DNA of 63,253 bases, the filler included, from Saprolegnia diclina VS20 (Eukaryota), in NCBI RefSeq assembly GCF_000281045.1. It is 8 parts of 2 records of this genome, joined end to end, with 100 filler letters (N's around TTAATTAATTAA, not from the genome) between each part and the next. Parts side by side here need not be neighbours in the genome. Positions count along the whole stretch, not along the records: positions 1 to 17,716 come from NW_008246088.1; positions 17,817 to 30,264 come from NW_008246088.1; 6 more parts are not named here. One strand, given 5' to 3'. The translations under genes and the position numbers were made by a program. The first letter of the stretch is position 1. Every line of letters begins with the position of its first letter. Shown here piece by piece: positions 11,496 through 23,054 of this stretch. The notes beneath the pieces are model-generated. The model searched no databases. It saw nothing but the letters and a program-made list of their open reading frames with translations, and was not told the DNA's origin.

Positions 11496-11800
11496 TTGCC
11501 GGTGGTTGCCGACGCTCGGCGGTGCTGTCTGCGGTGGCGTCGATGGGCCTTGAGTGAAATTCGCACTAAAACACGTGGCACCGGCTTGCATGGAAGGATC
11601 CGAGCACTTGCTCCCTGCTTCTTCGGCCGCGACCAGCTTCTTCGACGTATCACGCCGTCTTCCATCGATTCGATGGCAAGCACGACTGGACCAAGGCCAA
11701 GGAGCCCGACCTGGGAAACGGCGGTCGATGCGCTTGGCCGATTGTCGACCGGCGCGTTCGCCTTCGAAAAGGTAGCTTTTTCGGCCAGAGGCCAAGTAGA

Positions 11801-13039
11801 ATGCTGCATGGGTCGTTGTTGATTGCTGCGTCGCTCGTTGGCTACATGGCCTACGTAAGCATCCAGCCGACGCTTCCGACGTGCGTTAACTGGGACGCCA
11901 CGACCTTGACGAATCTCCAGACTGCGCGGCAGCCGGTGCGGCTCGTCGGGTCGCCCACCAGCACGCACTGGAACACATCGCACTGGACGCTCGCGCACGT
12001 CGTGTCGCGGCTGCCCGCGTCCGTGTCGATGCAGTACGCGCCATCAAGCGTCTTTCGCCACTACGATCCGAACATGGAACTCGCGCCGCGCTTCCCGCCC
12101 ACGTCCCAAACAACGACGGTTGTGCGGGAGGACGTGCTGGCTCTTCTTGATGCGACTGGCGATGGCAGCTACTACCTCAACGACGAGCTGCACCGTCTTG
12201 CACCCGACTTGGTGCCGGACGTGCCACTGGCAGGCCTCGTCGGTCCGGCCGCCGCCTCCTCGGTCATGGTCAAGCTCTGGCTTGGCGGACCACATGTCGT
12301 CGCCAACCTGCACTACGACGCCACCCACAACCTCTTCCACCAGGTCGTCGGCTCCAAGCGCTTCCTCCTCTTCCCACCCAGCGCCCACGCGTCCTTGTAC
12401 CTCTTTTCGCGTCTCCACCCGAGCCACCGGCAGTCGCAGCTCGATTTGACGCGTCCACGAAGCGAGCTGGTCAAGGCTTTTCCCGCCTTTGACGACGTGG
12501 AAGAGATGCTGCTGGACATCACACTCGCGCCCGGCGAGTCGCTCTACTTGCCGCCGTTCTGGTTCCACTGTGTGCTCACTACGACGCCATCAGTCTCGGT
12601 CAACCTCTGGACGGACGCCGAGGAAGTCGGCTTCCTTGCCAACGCTTTGGCGGACCCCGTGCCCTACTTGGCCAACCTCGAAGCGTCCGGCGTGGTGCAC
12701 GATCTCAACTCGCACCTCGGTCACCTCCAGCTCTTCGTGCGCCTCGTCCTCTCACGTTGCGTGCTGGATACCCAGACAGCTCTGCAGCAGCTGGTCGCCA
12801 ACCAAGACCGGTACTTGCCGCGCGTGCACGTCACCTGCGGTGTCCTCACCTCACCGATGATAGCCGAGGCGACGCTGCAGCCGTATGTCGATGCGCTTGT
12901 GGCTGCGTCGTTCGACCGCATGGGCGACGACAGCGCCAAGACGCTGCTTGTTCTGAGCTACGTCGAGGCGCTTCTCGCTCAGTTTATGGCGCCAACGGTC
13001 GTCGGAAACTTCTTGGCCCAGTGTGTTGCCCCCGAATAA
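11801..13039 (+). CDS. JmjC/cupin-8 2-oxoglutarate Fe(II) hydroxylase (FIH/JMJD5/7/8-like) with hydrophobic N-terminus
   Basis: LWLGGPHVVANLHYDATHNLFHQVVGSKRFLLFPP and LAPGESLYLPPFWFHCV give the HxD...H facial triad and the 2-OG-binding Lys. Confidence 0.9.
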   Translation: MLHGSLLIAASLVGYMAYVSIQPTLPTCVNWDATTLTNLQTARQPVRLVGSPTSTHWNTSHWTLAHVVSRLPASVSMQYAPSSVFRHYDPNMELAPRFPPTSQTTTVVREDVLALLDATGDGSYYLNDELHRLAPDLVPDVPLAGLVGPAAASSVMVKLWLGGPHVVANLHYDATHNLFHQVVGSKRFLLFPPSAHASLYLFSRLHPSHRQSQLDLTRPRSELVKAFPAFDDVEEMLLDITLAPGESLYLPPFWFHCVLTTTPSVSVNLWTDAEEVGFLANALADPVPYLANLEASGVVHDLNSHLGHLQLFVRLVLSRCVLDTQTALQQLVANQDRYLPRVHVTCGVLTSPMIAEATLQPYVDALVAASFDRMGDDSAKTLLVLSYVEALLAQFMAPTVVGNFLAQCVAPE

Positions 13040-13086
13040 TCCAACCACAAGCAACGTGTCTGCATTGGTGACTTGGCGTCGCGGCT

Positions 13087-16000
13087 CTAAGTGCTGTGGT
13101 TGCGCGCGTCGAGCTTGGCGATGAATTCGAGGTGCGGGTGGGCGCGCGACGCTTGGTTGGTGTACCACCCGACCGGCAGCGGACTCTGGTCACGTTCGAG
13201 GAGCACCGCGTCCCTAACGTAGACACATATCATACGATACGCGGAGATGGAAGCTGCGATACCCCGTGACCGAGATCATGTTGTACACTTGGTTGCGGTA
13301 GAGCTGGCTCGACTCGATCGGCACGAGGCGGAAGCTCAGCATTGCATTGCCCCCTAACGCACGGACATGCGCGCGGACAACAGCAATCGCTTCGCTGAGG
13401 AAGAGGTGGAAGAAGGCGCCGAGGCCCCCAAGCTCGCGGACGGTCCAGCTCTCCTTGATAAAGTGCAGCGTGATGCGTCCGAGATAGCTACATTGACGCT
13501 GCTGTTGCACCATGTAGAGCGAGCGGTTTTGCGCACCGGAGGATCTTGGAACCGGGCACATACGAAAGCGGCGTGAGCTCAATCCATTCGCGGGCACTCG
13601 AGCTCTGGTGGAACGGGTTCGGATGCGCATTCGAGAGCGGGCTCGTGGGACGGCCTGTCGGCGACCCGACCGAGACGAACGACGACGACGGGCGGTGCTG
13701 CTGGATTTGGAGACGCAGCGCCCGGCGCGCAGACTCGTCCGACTCGTTCTCGTCGTCGTTGTTGCCGTCGCTGGCCGCATGGAACGCGTCTTCGTCGTCT
13801 TCGGGTACCGGAAAGTTGAGACTCTGGATGACCACGTCGTCGTCACACGAGTTTTCATGCCCCGAGAGCATCGCCATGCCCATAAGGACAACCTCAATCT
13901 ACGTTTCGGTATTGAGTCGATGGGTAGCGTACTAAAGTAGGTAGCACAATGTTTTCGCCTGCAAGAGCGACGCGCGTCTTGAGGCCGCAGACGACGCACG
14001 GCGCGAACGCCCGAAGCTTGAAGAGGATGCTACGAAATAGGATGAGACTGCGCCCACGGCAAGAAGGAGAGGAACCTCGCAAAGAGGTTTTTAAACACTT
14101 GGGAGAAGAGCACGTTGAGGCGCGTGTCCCGCATGTGCTCTTCGTCCCACTCGACGCGCTTCATGGAGAGGAAGAGGTGGATGTTGCGCCCGGGCGACGA
14201 CGCGCCTGGCAGCCGGTCCGTGTTGTAGATCGAGACGCCTTCAGGCAACGGCTGCTCGAGCAAGACCGACATCAAGTCTTCATCGGTCTCGTCGTCAATC
14301 TCGAGCACGAACGGGTGCTTGGCATCGCTACATCCATTGTAACGATGGCCGCATTGCGGTGTGCGATATAATACCTAAAGCCGTCCGGGTTGAAGTCTTC
14401 CTCCGAGTCGGACGACGATGACGACGACGACGACTTGGTGTCCTTGTCGTCGTCGAGGCCGTTGCTCTCGTCAAGGCTCACGTTGCTCGACTGCGGCGTC
14501 TTGCGCAGGATCGACGCGTCGGCCTCCGAGTCACCGCGCGAAAGACGCATCGCACGGCCCTTGCGAGACCGACGCTTGACTGGCGCGTCGTCCTCAAACA
14601 ACGGTCGCTGCTTCCACGTCACAAACTCGGGCGCGATCGTGCCCACTGCATCCTTCTTCATCTAATCGCAAGGTTGATACACGTACTAGTAGACAAAATG
14701 CAAATTGAAGACGCACCGCGGCGCGGTTTTGGTTGCTAAGACGCTCAATCTGCGACTGAAGCTGCACGAGGCGGCGGTCTTCGTCGTCCTTGACCTACAA
14801 AAACCACAAAAATGGTGTGGTCGTCGTCGCATGCACGGCGTACGTCAATGTTGCGCGTAATGCGGAGCACTTGTGGCAGCGGCAGCGCCGGAAGGTACAT
14901 GCCAGTGCCCGTAATGATGCCAATGACAAACGAGCCGCTGATCTATATCACAGGTCCATCCATATACCGACAACGAAATAGGACGATGGAGGTACCTGCA
15001 CTTGGGACTCGAAGCCAAAGAGCGAGTTGACGCCAAGCACACGCATCTTGGCCATGAGCTAGACAAAAAATGGTTTGAAAATTACTGAAAAATCACGAAA
15101 AATGCAAAGCACACCTGGCGATGGAGCTCGTACTCGAGAAACGGAAGCGCTTCCGACACGATCGTCGCGTTCACGTCGCCCGCGCCGCGACGACGTTGCC
15201 TACGAAGCGCGATCTTATGCCTCTACGATCGAAAGAGGATTATACCGGCAGACGCGAGCTTGGATAAATGCGCCCGACCCCGTAAGCGCCATCCCACTGG
15301 GCGGCTCGGTGGACGAAAAGAGCATCTCGGGCACCCACTTGCGGCCGCAGATGCCGCAGCGCACCATGCGCATGCTACAATATATATCAATGTATCAACA
15401 AACGACGCTGACAACACGAAGTCGCACTTGGAGAAGGGCGCGAGCGAGCGCGAGTACGGAATGTGACATACAAAGCACGGCGAGTCTTGGATCGACTGCG
15501 CGTTGCCACGGCGGCGCGGTGCAGGCATCCTAGCACACGCTTCCATCGTATATCTACCATAATGGGGTAATGTACGGGCGAAGCGACGGCGACTGGTCGC
15601 TGAGCTCGTCGGTCGATGCCTTGAGGAGCCCATGGTGGCGCTTGGGGCCATACTTGACCACCGCGGCGGTCCCGCTGGCACATACAAAAGTTAGAAAATC
15701 ACAAAAATTCGATGCGACAAGCAACGTACGTGGCCGAGAGGACGCAGACGTCGTCATGGATCGTGCACGACTCGATGTACCCGACGACGTGCGAGCACTG
15801 GAGCGACTGCGCGTGCGACCGGACCTACACAGTCTCCGTCACGGCGATCGGTTTGAAGAAGAGACCGACCTCTTCTCGAAGCTCCATCCACCACGAGTCG
15901 CGTGTCTCTTGGTCGACGAGCTTGGTGGCCATGCGTCCGAGAAACTTGACCGAGCGCGCCGTGACGATACCGCCAAAGCGCAAGCGAGCATCGGGCGTGA

Positions 16001-17160
16001 ACGACTTGATCGTCCAGAGTTGCACTTCCTACGTGGTGTTCATCCTAGTGTGTTGCAGCAGGAGGACGCGTACGTCGTGCGCGCCGAGCTCAAAGTTGTC
16101 CTTCTTCGTCTTCCAAAACGCTTTGCGCAAGCTAATGGTCGGGAGACGCGGTGACGAAGACGCAGGCTCGATGGCCGCCAGCGACGGCGACGCCGCGGGG
16201 CCCGACGTCGACTCGAGGCTCGGCGTTTGCGTATCGTCGTTGTTGAGCGACCGCTTCCCATAGAGACCCGAGAGAAGCACATCCACATCATGCTCGATCG
16301 TGCCCAACCCAAGACTCGACTGCGACGACGTGGCGACGACGTTCGGTCCGTCCGGCGGCGGCGCCGGATTCTTTTCCGTCGGCAAGATGAAGCACGCCGT
16401 GCCGCATGCGCGCGCGACCATGCCGCTGTCGCCTTCGACGTCAAAGAACTGGCGGTAGCCGAGGACAGCGTTGCCACCGAGCTCCATGGCCTTCTTCCCG
16501 ACCTACACGCATATGAACCGAGGAATCTGGGAGAGAGCGTACCATGGTCGAGACTTGGGACGAGAGCTTGTAGAGCAGCATTTGCCGGTACTCGTTGCTC
16601 TTGCGCGACGTGCGGAAGCTGTCGCTCCACGAGTACTCGGGGTCAGCGTGCACGACGAGCTCCTCGACAAAGCCGAGCGTCTTGTGCATCGTAAAGATAT
16701 CCGGGTCGAGCGTCGAGAGCGAGAAGAACTGGACGCCCGCGCTGCTCTCGCGGAACGGGTTGATGTCGCCAAAGTAGTGGAGGCGGATCACGAGGCTAAG
16801 CTCACCGCGCACGCCGAGGAGCGTGTCGTAGATCGGGTACCAGCCTTGCACGGAGCAGCCGTCCTTCATGAGGATGCAGTTGAGGTCCACGTACACAGCG
16901 CCGATCGTCGCGTCCGTCGTGTACACGTCGTGGTCCATGACCTTGAACATGATGGGCTGGCTCTGGAGGACCGCGTCGTCGGCCACGTCGAAGCGGAACT
17001 CTTCGTCCCAGCGGGGCGTCAGAGACTTGCGCGAGACGCTCGACCGGACCTCGAACGACGCAAACGTGATGTCCACGTACGCGTCGGCGACCTTGGTCGC
17101 GCGGTCGGCCACCGGGAGCCCCCGGGCCTCGACAAGCCGGATCTTGATCGTGCAGGGCAT
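13087..17160 (-). CDS. C2CD5: C2 domain-containing protein 5 (CDP138/KIAA0528) homolog, multi-exon
   Basis: N-terminal C2 domain MPCTIKIRLVEARGLPVADRATKVADAYVDI...DHDVYTTDATIG, then GFVEELVVHADPEYSWSDSFRTSR. YbjQ-like segments LGGNAVLGYRQFFD, GGIVTARSVKFL..ETRDSWWMELREE and FLSEAIAVVRAHVRALGGNA. Last exon ends RNHST* at 13087. Confidence 0.9.
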
Positions 17161-17331
17161 GGCCGAAAAAATATGGCACTCTTCTACCGAGAGATATGGA
17201 TTTCAGAGTGTTCTACTAACGAGGGAGCTGGTGCCCACGCAAGATCGCGCACGGTCGTTTTGATTGGCGGTCCCAAGCGTCGCCACGACCATTGGCCGTG
17301 TATCATGTGTTGCGGAGGGAAGCCAGGTTCC

Positions 17332-17716
17332 ATGAACACGGAAGACCGCGCCAAGGACCGCGACGATCTCACGCTCTGCGAGTGCATGCAGGTCGTCAAG
17401 CCGTGGCGTGTGACGTCCGACGATGACGTCTTGAGCAAGTGGGAACATGTTGCCAAGATCATGACCGAGTACGCTGCGTACTCCGTCAAGATGACTGCGG
17501 TGACGTCAATGGAGCGCTGGGAAAAGCTTCGAGCGCGCAGCAAAGACCCATCGTTCGGCAATGACGTCTCTCCAGAGCTCCAGTCCATCGTCCGCGACCT
17601 TGTCCGGCAAATCGAAACGAAACGTAGCCCGAGCAACCAACCAAACGCGACATTGGTCCTCGGTAGCGCGGCGGTCGCTGGCGCGGTCGCTGCTCCGGTG
17701 GCGACCACGGCTGTCG
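17332..17716 (+). CDS. Myb/SANT-like (trihelix/MADF-type) DNA-binding protein, 3' truncated by scaffold spacer
   Basis: DDLTLCECMQVVKPW...SKWEHVAKIM...SMERWEKLRAR has the Trp spacing typical of Myb/SANT-like domains. Divergent from C2CD5; alternative ATG at 17305. Confidence 0.55.
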
Positions 17717-17816
17717 NNNNNNNNNNNNNNNNNNNNNNNNNNNNNNNNNNNNNNNNNNNNTTAATTAATTAANNNNNNNNNNNNNNNNNNNNNNNNNNNN
17801 NNNNNNNNNNNNNNNN
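17717..17816. other. Artificial scaffold-joining spacer (N-run, TTAATTAATTAA, N-run)
   Basis: Six-frame stop linker at 17761-17772 flanked by N runs, 100 bp in total. Confidence 0.97.
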
Positions 17817-17819
17817 TAG

Positions 17820-18374
17820 TATCTAGGCAAGGACGAGTACCGCATCACGGTCAAGCGCGAGGGACCTGCCGCGTCCGGGTGTCCGATGGGCAAAATCTCG
17901 TCGTACCTCCACGACGACGTGCACGAAGGCGACACGCTGCAAGTGTCGGTGCCCTGCGGCGACTTTTTCTTGCAGGACGCCAGTGACAAGCCGATCGTGC
18001 TCCTTAGCGGCGGCGTCGGCATCACGCCCTTGGCCGCCATGGTCCACGACCTCCTCGACAAGAACGTGCCCAACACAATCCTATTCGTACACGCGGCGCG
18101 GTCGCCGGCCGTCGAGGCGCTTCGCGACGAACTCCGCGCGCGGACGGCAGACAATGTGTCGTTTGTGAGCGTGTACGGCTCGCCGGTCGACGGCGAGCGC
18201 CACGGCCGCCTCAGCGCCGACCTCCTCGACGAGATCATTCCCACCAAGGACGCGCACTACTACTTTTGCGGTCCGCCGGGCTTTATGCGCTCTGTGCGCG
18301 ACATTGTCCTATCGCAGTGGCACATTCCGGCGTCGCAAGTCCACTACGAGTTTTTCGGACCCCACGACGCGTAA
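17820..18374 (+). CDS. Flavohemoprotein (NO dioxygenase)-type FAD/NAD-binding C-terminal part, 5' truncated
   Basis: EYRITVKREG...GKISSYLHD...GDFFL...PIVLLSGGVGITPL...FVHAAR...YYFCGPPGFMR...VHYEFFGP is typical of flavohemoglobin reductase domains. The globin part is not in this segment. Confidence 0.8.
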   Translation, partial: YLGKDEYRITVKREGPAASGCPMGKISSYLHDDVHEGDTLQVSVPCGDFFLQDASDKPIVLLSGGVGITPLAAMVHDLLDKNVPNTILFVHAARSPAVEALRDELRARTADNVSFVSVYGSPVDGERHGRLSADLLDEIIPTKDAHYYFCGPPGFMRSVRDIVLSQWHIPASQVHYEFFGPHDA

Positions 18375-18572
18375 ACGACTATAGTGCATTTACATCATAT
18401 ATACTTTGCGTGTGGACAATATTGTCTGATGGACTATCGAGCATCGCAAATGCGGTGGCCAATTAATAGCTCGACTTCACGTCGCTACGCGCTTGCTCGA
18501 CGTACGAGCTGCATATGCAACTGAGGAGCCGATCGCGGGCATCCTGCGGGTAATCATGGAGGACAATCAATG

Positions 18573-19788
18573 CTAATCGACCTTGTGTAGGATTGGTTGA
18601 TAGCGAGGTGAGGCGTTTTCATGAGCAGTATATCGACTACTAGAATATAACTGGTTAGCGACTCGTGATATTCGTATCGCGTTATCCTTTTTGGCCAACG
18701 CACGCAATGGCAGGCGACCGGTAGCGGCGTCGGCAGCAATAGTACCCTAACCCCAAAAGGCTGAGCCCGAGGACAACGCCGACGGCAACGCCAATGAGCG
18801 CCGCTGTCGAAGCAGCACTGGACGTCGATGTGGTGCTGTTGATTGGCACCACGAGTGTCTGGACACTGGTGATGGCCAACTGATTTGGGTCGTCGAGGAC
18901 GCCATAGTCCCACAAGGTCGATGCGAGCCACGTGGTCGTCGACTCGTTGCGAAAGAGCGACTGCATTTCCAACATGCCGTCCGGATCGTCTGTGGTTACT
19001 TCGGCCGTCATCTGCAGCGCAGCGGCCGAGCCATTCATGACGTCGTACGGTGGTGTCGTCATCGTGACGGGCCATACAGCGAGGAGAGTGTCGTTGCTCG
19101 TTGCATTTACTTGGGCATCGACGAGGAGCTGAGCGACGTCGACGCCGTAGCTCTCCCATAAGGACGATGTCATGCCTTCAATGAGAAGCTCCACGACAAC
19201 GCTGTAGTTGGTGACGACGTACTCGGCGGTCCAGTCGACCGGCGCGGCAGGCGTACACGAGAGGCGACAGAGCGTGTCGCGGCGTATCGCGCTTTGGCAC
19301 TCGGCAATGGCGGCCGAATACTCACTTTGGCACTTGGCTTGGATGCACTGGAGCAAGTCGGGGACGCACGTGCACTCGTCATAGCTGTAGATCGCCTTGC
19401 ACGCCGCGTAGCTGTTGTCGCAGTAGCGCGTCGCACAGGACGACCGCTTGGACCAAAACGAGTTCGTGCTGAAGACGACGACGAGTGGCTGGGGCCTCGA
19501 GACCCAGAGCGGCTTTGGCGTCACATACGCGACGTATCCTGGGCTCCGTGAGACGGGGGCTCGATTGGGCGCGGGCCGGGGGCCGGGGTTGGCCACGGGT
19601 CTCGGTGCAGGATTCGGTCCCGACGCAGGCCTCGGGCCAGGGTTCGAGGCAGGTTTCGGGCCAGGATTAGAGGCAGGTTTCGGGGCTGGATTAGCGGCAG
19701 GTTTCGGGGCTGGATTAGAGGCAGGCTTGGGTGCTGGCTTGGGCGCAGGCTTGGGTGCTGGCTTGGGCGCTGGCTTGCTCTTGGCCAT
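18573..19788 (-). CDS. Single-pass membrane protein with (PAPK/PASN)n repeats, Cys-rich domain and C-terminal TM
   Basis: MAKSKPAPKPAPK... repeats, a 10-Cys segment CATRYC...CTCVPDLLQC...C, and TM ALIGVAVGVVLGLSLLGLGYYCC followed by RRR. A terminal intron (GTGCGT...CTAAC...TAG) probably gives the tail SRYTAHENASPRYQPILHKVD*. Confidence 0.72.
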
Positions 19789-20427
19789 GCTGGGCACACT
19801 TCACGCGTCCAAAATAGATCGCACAGTGTTATGAGTGCTCACACAGTGCGCCTATGGAGCTATCAACCGTCGTTGGCAGCCATCTTTGACATCGACATCG
19901 TAAACACGAAGAATAAGTCTCAAGTAGCAGCATTGACTCGAGTCGCAAGGCTCATCGGACCGACAGTGCTGTGTCGCCGCCCACTAAGCCTACTCGAAGA
20001 TCCGCAGTTCGCTCTCAGTCAAGAAGGGAGCTTCATATTAGGTCGCGCAGCCTATCATGGCTCGTCACTGCGCCATTATTATCACTCGGCGTGTGAAGGG
20101 ATGAGCCCTTGGCGATGACGTTTCCACGCCACACACTCGACCAACTCTCTCGACAATAGCGCCGCCACGCGTCTGGCAGACAACTTGTCCAATATACACT
20201 GGATGGACAATATGAGAATAAGAGCTTAGGACAAGGTACAGTATGCTAGTATGTACTGCAATGGATATGTTAACTAACTGGATCTTCTGGGCGAGCCGGA
20301 TGAAAAAGCTGGCGCCGCCGTTCGAAACGCATTCGATTGGATGAAAAGATCAAAATAAAAACGTTTGATTGGATGAATCGCAACGAATGGGGCGACGCCA
20401 TCAACCCCTCGCAGGACAGTTGCCAAC

Positions 20428-22723
20428 ATGCACGTAATCGGTCTCATCCTGGCGCTGTGGGCGGCCGTCGCCGCCGCCGCCCTCGACAAGGCCCAGCGCG
20501 TGCCCATCAGCGTCATCTTCCGTGCCTACTGGTATGTCTGCAGCTGCGATCGTCGATCGTCGACACCCTTTCTAGCCCCGCCTGCCAATGGTACATTGGC
20601 GATCCGCTCATCAAGCTCGTCTCGGACCCTGCGTACGACGCGTCGCCCATGGTTCGCCGCATGCTTATGGCTTGCTTGTAGATTCCGCGCGATCACCGAC
20701 CTCTCGTAAGGCGACTCGTCGTGTATGATGCGTAAAATAGTGTGTAGCTTGAACCCGGCAGCAGGCATGACCGAGACGGACGCTGGCTTTGAGTGCACGG
20801 GCGGCCCGTCCGAGTGCGAGGGCCACCGCTGGTTTGCGTGCATTCTCGACAAGGACAAGGACTCGGTCGAGACGTACATGAAGCACATGGCGGTAGGCGC
20901 ATCACCGTCCGATCGGATGCGTCGTCTGATGGCATCCCTAGTGCATGGAAGCGCGCGACGGCAGCGACACGTGGCAGTCGCGCCTCGAGTTCTGCTACCC
21001 TGACCCGGTCGCAATCGCTGCGTTGCGCAAGTGCAAGGCCGAAGACAGCACGCGTCTCCTGCGCCAGGTAGCGACAACTTCACGCCACACCAACATCTTG
21101 ATCTGGGTCGTTCTAGCTCACCAAGGAAGCCCAAGCTGTGGACCTCGGCTGGATGCCCTACGTATGTCTTGTCAGTGCACCTGCGCTCCGTACAAATACT
21201 CTGCGTAGACGATCGTCAAGGGCGGCGTTGTCGGCGATGTGACCAAGGGCGTCATGCTCAAGGACCTCAAGCTTGCCGTCTGCAGCGCATACAACGGTCC
21301 TGACAAGGTAGGACAGCGTGCATGTCGTACCTCTTCAAACCCATCTAGTACCTCCCGGTTGAGTGTTACGGGCTCCTCGGTCGCCCGACGCCAACTGTCG
21401 CTGCGACGACCGTCGTTGTGCCTGTCGCCGCCGCAACCGCGAGTCCGCTGACGACGCAACCGCCCACGACGACGGCACTGCCAACGACACTGCCAGCAGC
21501 CGCCAAGATTCAACTCCAAGTCATCTGGCGCGCGTTCTGGTACGTTTCCGACTCGAGTGTTTGCGTCGACGACGCGGTGCTTTAGCCCTGCCTGCAAGTG
21601 GTACTTGAACGATCCGCTCTTGCGCGTGCTCCAAGACCCCGAGTACGACGCGCTTCGTGCTGGGTTCATGTCCTAACTCTCTCTACGTTGTAGGTTTACC
21701 GAGATTCTCACTTTCATGTAAGCAACGCTCGTCATCATACGCAGAGACTTGACAAACCTGGGATTAGGCCGTACCCGTCGGGCTCGACCACGGGCACGAG
21801 TGGCGCATTTAGCTGCACGGGCGGCCCCTCCGAGTGCGTCGGCCACCGCTACATGAGCTGCGCGATTCATTTGTACCCGGTGGTCGCGGAGCAAGCCAAG
21901 CACTTGGCCGTACGCACTGTCCAGCTGGTGCCAATGACAATAGTGTGCATGCTAGTGCATGGAAGACGAGAACAAGCCGCGCGGCGCCTGGGATAAGATC
22001 GTAGGCATGTGCTTCCGCGGCCCCGCGCTCGCGCAAATGAAGGCCTGCTACCAAAAAGACAGCGCGAAGTTGCTCGAAAAGGTACCCGCCCTGTCTGCGT
22101 CCTGGTGACTGCACCACCTGGTGGTCTAGTTTATCGAGACGACCAACACGGTCGATACGCCGTGGCTGCCCCACGTACGACGCCTCTTCCTCGTCCTCGT
22201 CGCTCATGCAAAGTCGTAGACTACGGTCGACGGCACCATCTTGGGCTCGCCGACCGAAGGCGTCAGCTACGACATGCTCACGCTCGGTATCTGCAACGCG
22301 TACAAGGGTCCCCGCAACGTAAGCAAATGCAACGCACGCTACATGGCTCGATCGGCGCCGTAGAAACGGCCCCGCGCGTGCCCACCGCTCCCCGCCGACG
22401 TGTTGACGACCGTGCCACCGACGACGACCACCGTGCGCCCGGCCCTCGCCGCCGCCGCCGTCAACAACAACGACGAAGACGACAAGAATGCGCCGGTGCG
22501 GCCGTGCATCAACCACGAAAAGGGCTTTGTGTACGAAGACGCGCCGGACATTGGCAAGCGCGGGCTGCGCAAGGGCGCCGAGCAGCCGGTGAAGCTCCAG
22601 GTGGCGGTGCCGCCAGCGTCGTCGCTCGTGACCAGCCCGCTGCTGGTGCCGGTGCTGCTTCTCGGCACGATCCTCTTTATCGTCGTCCGCTTCTCCAAGA
22701 CGTCCGAGAAGAAGGACATGTAG
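20428..22723 (+). CDS. Type I membrane protein with two tandem GILT-like thiol-reductase (CPAC) domains, highly spliced
   Basis: Signal peptide MHVIGLILALWAAVAAA. Domain 1: VIFRAYC|PACQW...FECTGGPSECEGHRWFAC...CME...WMPY...VCSAYNG. Thr-rich linker. Domain 2: VIWRAFC|PACKW...FSCTGGPSECVGHRYMSC...CME...WLPH...ICNAYKG. C-terminal TM LLVPVLLLGTILFIVV. Confidence 0.82.
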
Positions 22724-23054
22724 GTGGCAGTAGCTTGAAGTGGCCTCTCCACCTCGTCTTCAACATGCGACCATCGCTCACAGTGACCGAACCATGCGTA
22801 TGCTTGGCAATGATGCTAGAGAGAGTAGGCTGCGTGGATGACGGCGCAGGACAGAAGAGGTAGCCTCGTACGCGTAGCGGTGGTCCTTGCTGCTCCACCT
22901 GGCGGCAGCCATGACTGGTGTGCCATTGACACTTGATACCGCGCCGTTGATTGGCTGAAAAGCAGCTGCTTGCGGCGCCAGGATTGGTGGATTGGCGTTT
23001 CTCGGATGGATTTTGCCCAGGTTGACATTTTCGATACTTTGGTCGAGTCGCATC

